From positions 78,306,001 to 78,370,000 of the forward strand of contig OX597816.1 of assembly GCA_951406725.2 (NCBI GenBank): 64,000 nt of DNA. The letters are read 5' to 3'. Shown in pieces: positions 25,975 through 38,335 of this stretch. The translations under genes were made by a program, and so were the position numbers. Position 1 is the first letter of the stretch, and the number at the start of each line of letters is the position of its first letter. Below the pieces are notes generated by a model. That model had not been told where the DNA came from and searched no databases. It was given only the letters and a program-made list of their open reading frames with translations. The DNA is from Octopus vulgaris (Eukaryota).

Positions 25975-26592
25975 TTTTGACTTGAAAAATGTAAACATTC
26001 AATTCCATAGTTTCTGTGACCACATGTTGACTTGTCAACTGTCAGTTGATGTATCGAAATGGGAAGAGAAGCAAATGGGTTCTTCAGGCTTGCTTGTTCC
26101 TCTCTATGTGTGTGTGTGTGTGTGTGTGTGAGCATGCTTGTTCCTCTCTCTGTGTGTACATGCTTGTTCTTGTTCGTGTGTGTGTGCTTGTTCTTTTGTG
26201 TGTCTGTGCACGTGATTGTTGCTCTGTGTGTGTGTGTGTGTGTGTGTGCGCGTGCGTGCGTGCGGGCTTATTCCTCTGTGTTACATGCTTGTTCTTGTTT
26301 GTTTGTGTGCGTGTGTGTACGTGTGCTTGCTTGTTTCTCTGTGTCACACACATGCACACACACACACAAACAGAGGAACAAGCACACACACACAGAGGAA
26401 CAAGCAAGCACACACACACACACACACACATACACACACAGAGGAATAAGCACGCACACAAACAAGAACAAGCATGCATGCACAACCCATTCGCTTTCTC
26501 TTCCCATTTCCATACGGCAACAGACAGTTGACAACTCAGCACATGGTCACAGAAACTACTGAATTGAATGTTTACATTTTTTTTAGTCAAAA
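25975..26592. repeat. ~620 bp fold-back palindrome with mirrored minisatellite
   Basis: 25975-26081 is the reverse complement of 26484-26592. Inner GCTTGTTCCT(GT)n units flip to (AC)nAGAGGAACAAGC at about 26345. Confidence 0.9.
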
Positions 26593-27257
26593 CTGGGACC
26601 TTTTCAATCTCATGCACAGATTCTTTAATTAATTTTAATTTTGCCAAAAAAGCTAAGAGTAAATCGTGTTCTACATGACACTTTCAACCAGTATCCAAAA
26701 TTTCAAACTGTTTAGTTAAAAAAAATTAATTATATTGAACAGATCCTATTTGTGTGTATGTACATGTATGTATGTGTGCATGTATGTATGTGTGTAAGTA
26801 TGTATGTATGTGCATATATGTATGTGTGTGTGTGTGAGAAAAGATGAGAATCTGTATAGTTGCTTGACCTGCTGGGAATAACAGCCAAATCTCTCTCATT
26901 GTCACATGCTAACATTACATAAACAAAAGGACACATTGTATAAGATGGAAAAAAAATGCACACACACACATCACCCATTTCCATAAAAGAACTTTCTGTT
27001 TTTCTCACCTGCCTTTCTTATTATTTATACTTTTCTCCCACCTCTCTCTCTCTCTTTCATAACCTGATGACTCAGAAGTTGTTGCTCTTCCATCACTTTC
27101 GCAAACTGCAGTAACTTTCTTCAGCTGAATACACATCATTGATTGGTTAAAATTACCCAAATACGACAACTTTAACATGAAATAACTTCAAAAACGTTAA
27201 GAGTAAACCATGTTCTATGTGACACATTCAACCAATATCCGAAGTTTCAAACTGTTT

Positions 27258-27635
27258 ACTCTCTTTACTTGTTTCAATCATTTGACTGCGGCCATGCTGG
27301 AGCATCGCCTTTAGTCGAGCAAATCGACTTATTCTTTGTAAGCCTAGTACTTATTCTATCGGTCTCTTTTGCCGAACCGCTAAGTTATGGGGACATAAAC
27401 ACACCAGAATGGGTTGTCAAGCGATGTTAGGGGGACAAACATATACACACACATACATATATATATATATACATATATACGATAGGCTTCTTTCAGTTTC
27501 CGTCTACCAAATTCACTCACAAGGCTTTGGTCAGCCCGAGGCCATAGTAGAAGACACTTGCCCAAGGTGCCACGCTGTGGGACTGAACCTGGAACCATGT
27601 GGTTGGTAAAAAAGCTACTTATCACACAGCCACTC
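27258..27635 (-). mobile_element. tRNA-derived SINE, family A, full length
   Basis: Reverse-complement homolog of 955-1370; interrupts the MITE arm. Confidence 0.88.
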
Positions 27636-28254
27636 ATTAATTAAAAAAATCTTTGACAGAGATTGAATGAACAGACACACATATCAGTACATAAACATAC
27701 GTTTACATACACATATACACACGCAGACACATCTACACACATGTAAATACCTACATACACACATATATACATGCATACATACATACATGCATATATACAT
27801 GCATATGCATGTACATATGCATACACATGTACACATGCATATGTACATGCATACATGCACACACACGCATACATGCATACATACATACATACATACATAA
27901 ACACATATATCATGAACTTCGTAACCTCGGTGTGAAATAGTTTTTTTCATGAGGTTTTTTTTTTAGTGTATTCAACGTTATCTCATCTCCAAAGATTTGG
28001 CTGCTATTTTTAGCACACCCTGCTACCATGTGACAGCTATTTGTGGTAAAGGATCCAACGTACCTGTTACGTGGTAACAGGGTGTGCCAGAAATAGCTGC
28101 CAAATCTTCCCTTTCCTGGGAGAAAGGAGCTGTTCACACGTGATTTCGATGTCACATTAATTGAAAGCATGCGAAATAACCTCACAAAACAAAACTCCGT
28201 TGCTGGGAAAGTTTCTCAGTGACTTAATGGGTCATGGGTAGTCTAGTATACATA

Positions 28255-28775
28255 TATAACGTCCGTTTTCCAAGCTGGCACAGGTTGGCCAATGGGACAA
28301 AAGCTGATCAATTGAAGGGCTGTTCAAGCTCCATGTCTGTTTTTGCGTGTTTTCTACAGCTGGATGCTTTTCCTAACACCAACCACTTTACAGAGTATAC
28401 TAGGTGCTTTTACACAGCACTGGTAAGGGTGCTTTTTACATAGCACCAGCACTTACGAGCCCACAAGATTAGTGATGTTCAGCTGGAGAAGGTTGCAAAG
28501 GATGAATCTTGATGCAAGGGCAACCACACTTTACTTAGCTTGGCATGTCTTTTCAAGCACAGCAAACTGTCAGGAGTCTTGGTTCCCTGTCATGCCATTT
28601 GTGAGTCCCAATGTTTATAGATCATTTCTCACCACTTTGTCCCACGTCTTCCTGAGTCTGCCTCTTTCACATGTTCCCACTACAATTAGTGATTGGCACC
28701 TCTTGATGCAACTGTCCTCATTCATATGCATTACATGGTCATATCAGTGCAGTCATCTATCTTGCATACTACATC
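28255..28775 (-). mobile_element. RTE LINE 3' fragment with RTE-type terminal sequence
   Basis: Minus strand RGRLRKTWDKVVRNDL (RTE GRPRKTW motif). Homologous to 8366-8960. Confidence 0.75.
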
Positions 28776-28782
28776 TGATATA

Positions 28783-28845
<63 letters not shown>

Positions 28846-29328
28846 ATAATATGATAAACACAAGATGCAGTTTATGCCATCTGTTGCCTATATACACCTC
28901 TCAGTAACTTGGGTGAATGGCTCCTGCCTCCCCACCAATTACATCCTTACCATCTTCTCTCTCATCTATCACTCTTTTCTCTCTCTCTCCACTTCCCCCA
29001 CTTGAAGTAACAATGTTAACCCCTTTAATGCAAGACTCCTTTTTCTGTCCATCAATACTATTCTCAACCTCAATTGTGAGGTCTTCTCTTGCTGTTGGTA
29101 CCATGTAAAATGCATAGGGCATCCAACTGTAAAACCATACCAAAGCAGACAGCAGAGCTTAGTGTACTCTTGTGACTTGTCAGTTTCTGATGAACCATCC
29201 AGCCCATGTCAGCATGGAAAATGTATGTTAAATGATAATGATGAAATGATGATGATAAAGATGGTGCAAATTTAATGAATGCCTAGAAATCCTCTAGTTT
29301 GCTCATCAGTTAGTATTTGTAAATTATC

Positions 29329-29535
29329 CAAGGCAGCAAGCTGGAAGAATTGTCAGCATGCAAGGAATTTCATCCATCTTTGTGTTTTGAGTTCAAATTC
29401 CACAGAGGTCAGCCTTGCCTTTCCTCCTTTCAGAGTGGATAAATAAGTACCAGCTGAGCACTGGAGTCGATGTAATCAATTACATATATAACCTCCCCGA
29501 AAGTGCTGGCCTTGTGCCAAACTTTGAAACCAATA
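29329..29535 (+). mobile_element. SINE family B
   Basis: AAGGCAGCAAGCTGG..GAGTTCAAATTCC..GTGCCAAACTTTGAAACC. Confidence 0.8.
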
Positions 29536-31211
29536 TTTGTAAATTATCTGATAAAACTTATCTGATAAAAATTATTTTTGAAAGGATTTTGGGTATGAAG
29601 TTGGGTTATTATTAACTGAAGAGATAATGATTTCTAATGTTGGTACAAGCTGACATTATTTTAAGGAATAAATATTGTTGACTGAACCAACACCAATATA
29701 AGGTTGATGCTTTTTTTTGTATCAATCTTGGAAAGAATAAAGGTAAAGTCAGTTGTGGCATAATTCAGATGTAGAATGTAGAGGAATGAAACTAATACTG
29801 CATGGCATTTGTACTGATTATGTCATTTCCCTGCTCTGACTGAAGAGATATGATCAATTTAGATCAATAGATCACTTTCAGCTCATTATAGTTTGAGATT
29901 TCAAAGATCATTATTTTGATATCAGCTGTGACAGGAAAGTTGTTACATATTTTATATAAGTTAAATATTCTAATGAAATGAAGGATAGTTAGAGTAGTTC
30001 TGTGCTAAAACAGCAAGGTTGTAATTTCATGATGCAGGTTCTATTAGTCTCTTACACTCTGGGTGCTGATGCATGTTTATATACTGGTAATTTCTTGAGA
30101 ACAGAAGATAAGCTCTTAAGTAAGCTGAAACCTTTCAACAAACTTTATTACTAAATTTAGTGACTAAGACCTTTGGTGATATGCCATGCTTGAGAAGACC
30201 TCTCAAGCCAAGTGATATTGTAGTCGTGGTTGATACCAGTGTAACTGGCACTTGTGCTAGTGACACATAAAAGGCACTCTTTGAATGTTGGGAAATATGA
30301 GAAGACCTGTTAAGCCAAGTGAAATCATAGTTGTGGTGATGATGATGATTAAAATATTGCCACTTGTATACTTATTTTCTATGTAATTAAAGATTTCTAT
30401 TTATATATTACATGTAGCATTAAAATTGTGTATAGACAGGCATGTAGACATGGTCTAACTTTTAACTCTAATTCATTTTACATAAAGCATCTTATAGCAT
30501 TGTTGAAATAGTTTTCATAAACCTTCCTAACCCATTAAGCAAATAGCACACTTAAAAGTGCATTGTACCTCTCACATTTATTCTAGCTTGCTTTAACAAT
30601 TATTGATTCATGACTATTTTCCCTTTCATTACTTTAATAGTTTACTATTGACAGTATGAATGTTACTGTGTAATATCTATGTTTCAGTTAATTAAATCCT
30701 TGATCTATTTTCAATTCTTAGCTGGAAACATCTTATCCTTTAAAAAGGTGGGAATATTATATTGCTCATTGATGCTTAGATTTAAGAACAGAAACAGTAT
30801 TATGCAAATGTAGTAAATTACTGCTCTTATTTTTATTATAGAATGAAACTCTATTCTCTTATCACCCCTATTTCTAGAAAAGTGTCTAATCTTTGCAGTT
30901 TTCTGTAGACAAAACTTCAAGGTCAACCATTCTCTGTATTATATTTATCACTCTTACCTATTAAAAAAATTGCTAAAGAAGAGAACTTCTCTCTCGTTAT
31001 TCCAAGTCTCCTTTTCTTTTTAACCATACAGACCTACTAGCCATATGCATAAGCATGGCTGTGCAGGTAAAAAGTTTGCCTCCAAACCACATAGTTTCAG
31101 GTTCAATCCCATTGCATGACACTGCTACTATAACCACGGGCATATACATACATACATGCATACATACATACATACATACATACATACATACATACATACA
31201 TACATGCATAC

Positions 31212-31642
31212 ATAGTATATGCTGAAGAAGAAAATGGAGAGTTTTAACAGATAACATCAATATTGTCAATTTACATTTGGTTACCATTGTTTCCATATCC
31301 AACTCATTCAAATTACAAATTTATAAATTAAAATTGCATTTTGAAAATTGTAAGTTAAATATTTCTTCAAAGCATAAACTTGACACAAAAGGAATTATAT
31401 CTTAATTGATTGAGTTTTCTCATGAGTCTTGAGAAAACTCAATCAATTAAGATGTAACTTCTTTTGTGTCAATTTTTTGCTCTGAAGAAATATGTAACTC
31501 GCAATTTTCAAAATGCAATTTTAATTTGTAATTTGTATGAGTTGGATATGGAAACAATTGTAGGCAAATGAAAATTGACAATATGTTAAGAAATTGCTGT
31601 TATCTGTTAAAACTCTCTATTTTCTTCTTTAACATATACTAT
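31212..31642. repeat. ~430 bp near-spacerless palindrome (fold-back/MITE)
   Basis: Termini ATAGTATATG / CATATACTAT. Centre ATCTTAATTGATTGAGTTTTCTCA-TGAGTCT-TGAGAAAACTCAATCAATTAAGAT. Confidence 0.92.
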
Positions 31643-32229
31643 ATTAAAATATACCAATATATATTGAAGTGAAACAATCATCCATTAAAATATACTTGAA
31701 CTCTGCAATGTGTTTAATGTTTGTGCCAATTATTAAATAATAAACACCAATACAGCAAGTAAAACATGACTCGTGAGTATTTCATAGAGATATAAGATTA
31801 AACCAGTCTGGTGCAGCCCCTCAGCTTACTAGCTCTGGCCAAACTATCCAACTCATGCCAGCATGGACAACAGACATTAAATGACGACAATGGTGGTGAT
31901 GATGATGATGATGATGGTGATGATTTCAAATTTTGGCTCAAGACCAGCAAGTTCAGGGGAGGGGCTAAGTTGCCAGTGCTCAACTGATACTATAATATTT
32001 TATCGACCCTGAAAGGATGAAAGGTAAAGTTGACCTTGGCAGAATCTGAACTCAGAAGATAAGGACAGGGAAAATGTCATTCTTATGTTCTGAGTGCTAA
32101 AGGTTCTGCCAGCTCATCACCTAAATAACAACAACAACAATGATAATAATAATAATAATAACAACAACAACAAAAACTACAACAACAGCAGCAACAACAA
32201 CAATAACAATGCTTTCTTTATTTGCCACT

Positions 32230-33495
32230 AAGGGTTAACGAAAAAACTTTGGAGATGGTAGTGGGCAATACAATGTGGGGTTCCATAAATAAAAGAGTGT
32301 AAATGATAAATAATGGTAACAAACTCTTACAATGAAAAATTCCCCAAAAGTGTTAAACTTCCTAGGACTGTTTGTAAAACTCCACAAAACCATGGCCATC
32401 CTGACCACTAGGGCAAGCGTCCTCTCCACACTGTCTTCCTTCAATCTACAGGTGCATTCTTAGAGTAGGCCCTTTCATGTGGACCACTGGTGCCACATTC
32501 ACTCATCTTCTGATAAAATTGCTGGGAGGCAGCACTTCCCTCTCCATCTTCACCTTCTTTTCAAGTGAAACTTGAAAAGGCTGAGGGCTTGGTCAAAGAG
32601 GAAAGTTTCTATCTTCAACCCTTTCAATCTAGTCCACCAAATAACTTCTTTTGCTAATGACACCAAACTCTGCCTGCCCTTCCTACCAAAGGAAAGTAGC
32701 AGGATGATCTTCACAATGGACTCAGCCAACAGCCAGATTCATCCTACACAGCAGGTGTTGAACATAAACCCACAAGTCAGTAATGCTCAGGCACTAGATG
32801 AGAGTGTGCAGAACAGTTTTGTTACTCTGTGCACATCTTGAGCAAGCCTGACTGATGACACTTCCATGCCTGTACAATTTATTCTGAATTGACAATACTC
32901 TCCTCGTAGCACTGCCATGCCAGGGATTTCTGGAAATTATTATTCCCCCTGGCCTGAAAGCCCTCTGGAACAGACCAGCCAGTTGATTCTCACTGATGCT
33001 CAGAGTTTCCCTAAGAACACTGTCACACTTACCTACCACTAACCCTCTAGAGAATGCCAAAGTAGAACTTCCACTGATCACATTGCCCAACTGACAGACA
33101 ACTGTGAGCACTTTATGATACTCTAGGTACTTGGTGCTCTGTTGCGGTCTATGCTTAATCCAGAACTGCAGCTCAATCAAAGAAATGAGCCTTGGAAGAG
33201 CAAGTCTTACAAATAGTGACCACACCTGATTACGATTAAGGAAATATTAGAGATGTCTGCACATCAGCACCCATGACATCCCCAGTCCTCCAGTCAGTGA
33301 ATGTTGACAATGAATAAAGCACCCGACCAGTGGAAAATGTCCCTTCCACAAAAAGTGGAAGAGTATGTGCTCTAGTTTGGTCAGGCATAAACTGGAGCAA
33401 GGCACAATGGCCAGGTGGTTATATACGACAGTGTATGCATTTATCACCCCTGCCCAACCTTTAAGAGGCAGCTTTCTCTCAGCTCATTTCTTGGA
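32230..33495 (-). mobile_element. Tx1/L1-clade non-LTR ORF2 3' fragment, degenerate
   Basis: LEHILFHFLWKG..TGGLGM and KLYRHGS..CSRCAQSNKTVLHTL (zf-RVT-type CCHC region). The 3' end abuts an (AAC/AAT)n tract. Confidence 0.8.
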
Positions 33496-33680
33496 GAGAG
33501 AAATCAAAAGAATGTGGAATCTCAAAGCAACAACATTATCTATTGTTATTGGGACACTTGAAATGATATAAAAAAAATCAAATATGTAGACTAAATTCCT
33601 GGTAACCCCAAAATAAGTGAATTGTAAACGATCATACTCATTGATACTGCACATAGTTTACATAAATTCTCTCTAGGTAA
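33495..33680 (+). mobile_element. R4/Dong REL endonuclease C-terminal fragment
   Basis: EIKRMWNLKATTLSIVIGTLEMI matches EISKMWYLKTKAIPDVIGALGMI at 57433-57822. Confidence 0.75.
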
Positions 33681-33999
33681 ATGCAATCTTATACAGTCAG
33701 TTGTATTATTAATTTTATAAAGAGAATTTTTTTTGTATAAGATGCAGACAATATTTTCAGCTGCATGGTGCCTCTCCAGTCTGCATCTTTTGATGCCAAA
33801 GAACCTCTTTCTCTGGATGTCTCTGGTTGAGACTTGGGTGCAGCTTGTGTGAATTAAAGCATGGAACCACTTGAATACTCTGGAAGTTACTTAAAAAATA
33901 AGAGGTGTTACCTTAGTTCACTGGTAGTGAACAGCTGACACCGTAGTACATCAACATTAGAAGCTATACAAAGGTAATAATAATAATAATAACAACATT

Positions 34000-34435
34000 A
34001 TTTTGTCTCGGTATAAAAGATGGGCTACAGCAAATATTCTGCTCAATACCAGATTTGCTTGTCAGTTGCTTGATCTTAACCAGTTGAGCATGTCCCTTAG
34101 TGGCTGATGATATGTGCATCTCTGATCACAAGCAGAAGTAGTGAGGGAGCACCATAGCCATATGTTGAAAGGAATTCTTTGCGGTTTGGATAATTCACCT
34201 CTGGAAATATGGGTGTTTCATTCAACATCTTTAAACAACTCTTATTCAGGGACCTTTTGAGCAGGATGGGCTACACAACCTGAAAACATTCTAATTTGGC
34301 CCCATGTGCAAGGTCATGCACTGCTAATCTTGATATGAGATCATCATGTCGTGCATGGGTAGTCCTGACAGATATACTGGGCTTCGTATATTTTACTCCA
34401 GTGTCACTTTGATGGCATGCACTGCTCTCTCACTC
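34000..34435 (+). mobile_element. Non-coding (AAT)n-tailed retroposon 'X', copy 1 (5' truncated)
   Basis: Homologous to the reverse complements of 56799-57316 and 58861-59372. Ends CTGCTCTCTCACTC(AAT)n. Confidence 0.8.
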
Positions 34436-34448
34436 AATAATAATAATG

Positions 34449-34498
<50 letters not shown>

Positions 34499-34511
34499 GA
34501 TGATGATGATG

Positions 34512-34550
<39 letters not shown>

Positions 34551-34555
<5 letters not shown>

Positions 34556-34690
34556 ATGTACAAAACCAAATATATGGCACTCTAGGCATAACACCAGCAT
34601 GAACTTCTAACTTGTCTCTTGAGGTCTCTAGGTGAGACTTGGAGCCAACTTGTACAAATGTAAAGCAAAAGTCAAACATAAAATAATAAT
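34551..34690 (+). mobile_element. R4/Dong 3' UTR fragment ending in (AAT)n
   Basis: Reverse complement of 57335-57465 (GGTGAGACTTGGAG..GCAAAAGTCAAACATA). Confidence 0.75.
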
Positions 34691-35921
34691 AATAAAAATG
34701 ATAATAGTAGCAATGTCTATTATTGTCTGTAGGGTAACATAAGGGGATAGATGAAAATAATATAGGACAACAAAGAACAACCTTTGAAGTTGATTAATAC
34801 TACTATCACCACTGCAACTGTCATCAGTAGCAGCACAAAAAAATAAACAATGATAATATGAAAAGAAATATCAACTCACTGCTTGAGTTATATTCTGTTG
34901 CTGTATTCCCACAGATCTACTTGTATTTTCTGCAATGTTGTTATTGTGATTCAAGACTACTTCATACACTGGTTGCACTTTATCCTGGATTTTCAGTTGC
35001 TGGAGCCTATCTGAAAGGTTTATCACACACCATTGCAAATAGCCTATCCATGCTAGCAGCACGATTAAACTTACAAAGAAATATCTGTGGTTATCTGAAG
35101 CATTGTTGCTATATATTGCTTGTATATGCTTCTTTAACAACATTTTGCTGGGATAATTTTACCTGGATCCCATTTGGAATGAAATCAAAATAAAAAGAAA
35201 TGCAAATATAAATAAACCAGTTAAGTAGTAGTCGAAGTACAACCAGGAACCTCGAGAAGCTATTGACCAATCAGAGTTTTACTTTTACAAGTAGCTGAAC
35301 TATTCATCCTTGACCTGATTGTATTTCTTGGAAGATACAAAGGTATTCATAGAAACGTAAAATAGAGTTTACACAAATACACGCACAGACATTGGTGTGT
35401 GTAATTATACATTTATACATATATGCACAAATACATACATGCATACATGCATATACACATATGCACACATATGCACACATAATACATATATGTATGTATG
35501 TGTGTGTGTGCTCAGGTATATTTACACACTCATACATATGAATTTTTATTTGGGTTTAATATTTTGATGCAGTTAGAAGACCACAACTTATTCATATGTT
35601 ATACTTCTGGGGTGGTTTCTATGGCGAGATTCCCTTCCTAATACCAATCACTTTACAATGTGTTGCATGTTATCATGGCTAGAGAAGTTGCTGTGGCTCA
35701 GCTCCACATCTTTGCTTGCTCATTAACCCACTTTGCAAAATGATCTGTGTGGATTTATAGTGGTACCATCTTTAGTGCTGTTGCCTTATACCTATAAGAT
35801 CAGAGTGCCCTCATCACTCTAATGTATTCATTTACTCAAGGCTCTGTGACTGAGGAGGCAATTAGGAAAGACAGCAATGACAAAAGAACCAAGATGGTGA
35901 CATCCCTAACTGCACTGGAAG

Positions 35922-36043
35922 CAGGGGCGAACTGGGCCATCAGGGGCCCACACTCTACATGTTAACTCTACTAAAACACACATTCAAAGGGGCCCAGTAA
36001 ACAGTTATGTCCGAGGGCCCTTAATATTCTCAGTCCACCCCTG
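35922..36043. mobile_element. 122 bp hAT-type MITE with a perfect 8 bp TSD
   Basis: TIRs CAGGGGCGAACTG / CAGTCCACCCCTG (11/13). ACTGGAAG duplicated at 35914-35921 and 36044-36051. Confidence 0.9.
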
Positions 36044-36121
36044 ACTGGAAGCATGGATATAGTGAGGAGGAAAGAGAGTCACTGTCATCCTTAGTTATAT
36101 GAATAGCATAATATAGTGGTT

Positions 36122-36360
36122 GAGGCACATGGCTTAGTGGTTATAGTGTTGGGCTCATGATTGTAAGATTGTGGTTTTGATTCCTGGACTGGGTGATGCA
36201 TTATGTTCTTGAGCAAAACTCTTTGTTTCACATTGCTCCAGTCCATTCAGCTGGCAAAATCTGAGTAATCCTGTGACAAACCAGTGTCTCATCCAAGTGG
36301 GGAATTTATATGCCATGGAAACTGGGAAACCAGTTCTTATGAGTTGGCATGACTTGAGAA
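36122..36360 (+). mobile_element. tRNA-derived SINE, family D
   Basis: GGCACATGGCTTAGTGGTTA..TTCTTGAGCAAAAC..TTGCTCCAGTCCATTCAGCTGGCAAAA. Confidence 0.8.
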
Positions 36361-36682
36361 CTTTTTACCATAATATGGTGAGAAGGAAAAGAAGGTGAAA
36401 AGAAGAGTGAGATGAGTGATAAAAGTATAATTAACAGAGAGATAAGTGGTATAAAGGATGGATGAGTGATACCATTTTAGAGAGATGAGAGGTTTCAAAG
36501 ACACAGAAAACATAGGCTTGATAATACACACACACACACACACACACATACACACACACACACACACACATACACTCACATGCACACACATACATGTACA
36601 TGTACACACACACACATACAGACACATGCATGTATGTATATTTTATGGTTATACATGTATGTACATTATTGGTCACTCATAC

Positions 36683-37215
36683 ATAGTGTATGTGTTTTGT
36701 GTATATGCCAGTTTGCTGTGGGGTAGCATCCAGAGAAAAATCTCTACATGACACCAATTGTTAAAGAACATTGTATGTCATAGACCAAGCAAGACAACTC
36801 ACTCCAAAGGTGAACAAGAATGATAGATATCAATATTTCACTATCATTTCAGCTCTTCAGTATTGTATACTCAAAATGAAATGAATTGCTGGTCTGTGAC
36901 ATATATTCAAATAGTGTAAAATCTATTGGGTGATGTGCTGTGGCATAGCACAAGTGAAAGAAAATTAAATACACTATTTGCATAAATGTCTCAGAACAGT
37001 GATTTATTTCATTTTGTGGTGAGATGAGTATAAGATACTGAAGAGTTAAAATGATAGCTAAATATCAACATCTGTCATTCTTGTTCACCTTCAGAATGAG
37101 GTGCCTTGCCTAATCTGAGACACGCAGTGTTCTTTAACACTAAGCATTGTGTAGGGATTTTTCTCAGGATGTTGTCCTGCAGCAAAGTGACATATAAATG
37201 AAACACATACTCTAT
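36683..37215. repeat. ~530 bp diverged palindrome (fold-back/MITE)
   Basis: Termini ATAGTGTATGTGTTT / AAACACATACTCTAT. Internal pairs include AAGGTGAACAAGAATGA / TCATTCTTGTTCACCTT and CAAATAGTGTA / TACACTATTTG. Centre about 36942. Confidence 0.88.
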
Positions 37216-38121
37216 AAATGTTTAACTGATAATGTGTACATTATTAGAGCCACTTTTAATTTGAAATATCATCATCATCATTTAGCATCCGTGTTCCATG
37301 CTAGCATGAGTGGGATGGCACTGCAAGAGCCAGCCAGGCCAAAGCCTGAACCAGACTTCTGTGACTGCTTTGGCAGGATTTTTACAGCTGGATGCCCTTC
37401 CTAACACCAACCACTCAGCAGAGTGGACTGGATGCTTTTAAGTGGCACTTGCACAGACAGGGTCACCAAGAACTTGCAAAACATAAAAAAAAAAAAAAAA
37501 CTTTTGGGCAGAGAGGAGGCATTGGAGGGTGTTGATGAAAAGGTTATAGTGAGACAGATACTGATATCTTGTTTTAGAGGAAGTACAAGGTTACCCAGCT
37601 GGATAGAGAAAAATCAGGAATGAAGACAGAAATAGGTGTGTTACTGCAAAGAAAATAAATGGTTGCTCAACCTGAGGGAAGGGCAGGAGAAGAAGAGAGA
37701 GAGTGGGAGACCGCAGTATGGAGAGGGTGGCAAAATGCTGGACATACTCATAAGGAACGGGGTGGGGGGTCAGAGTATAAATGAGATGGTTGAGTAAAGG
37801 AAGAGAGACATATAGATAGTGGCAAGAGCCAGGGCATACCCTTGAGGTTCAAATGCCATAATATAAGTGACAGGATATTGTGAAGGGAGTGCAATTAAAG
37901 AGTGTGAGTAAGTGACAAAGGACGTGGGTATATATATAGCAAAGATACAGATGAACAGATGCATGAGGAAAGGATTGGAGAGTGAGAGCTAAGCATAGTG
38001 AATGAGGAGGAAATGCAAGAAAGAAAAGAAATGTAGATTGGTTTGTTGGGATAGGGTGAGGTAAAAGTTTTCTTGTGTATGCATAGAACAACCAGGTCGG
38101 GGGGGGGGGGACTAGCAGATG

Positions 38122-38129
<8 letters not shown>

Positions 38130-38166
<37 letters not shown>

Positions 38167-38267
38167 TATATATATATACATATACACATATACACATATA
38201 CATATACAAATATATATACATATATATATATATATGCACATATATATATATATACATATATGTATAT

Positions 38268-38316
<49 letters not shown>

Positions 38317-38335
38317 TACATACATATATATATAT
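38130..38335. repeat. Compound (TA)n/(CA)n microsatellite; other long simple repeats at 7566-7630, 16947-17100, 21283-21340, 25826-25870, 27700-27900, 28777-28841, 34436-34550, 38697-38755, 48820-48880, 58751-58860 and 61951-62013
   Basis: Directly visible simple repeats. Confidence 0.95.

Larger units (their letters stand above)
25107..27668. mobile_element. MITE/fold-back element with ~250 bp TIRs and nested insertions
   Basis: Left arm 25107-25365 is the reverse complement of 27061-27258 plus 27636-27668. The right arm is split by a family A SINE. Confidence 0.8.

Noticed and set aside
26088-26480. CRISPR-like repeat-spacer array
   Set aside because: The spacers are (GT)n/(AC)n, the repeats are short and degenerate, the context is eukaryotic and there are no cas genes.
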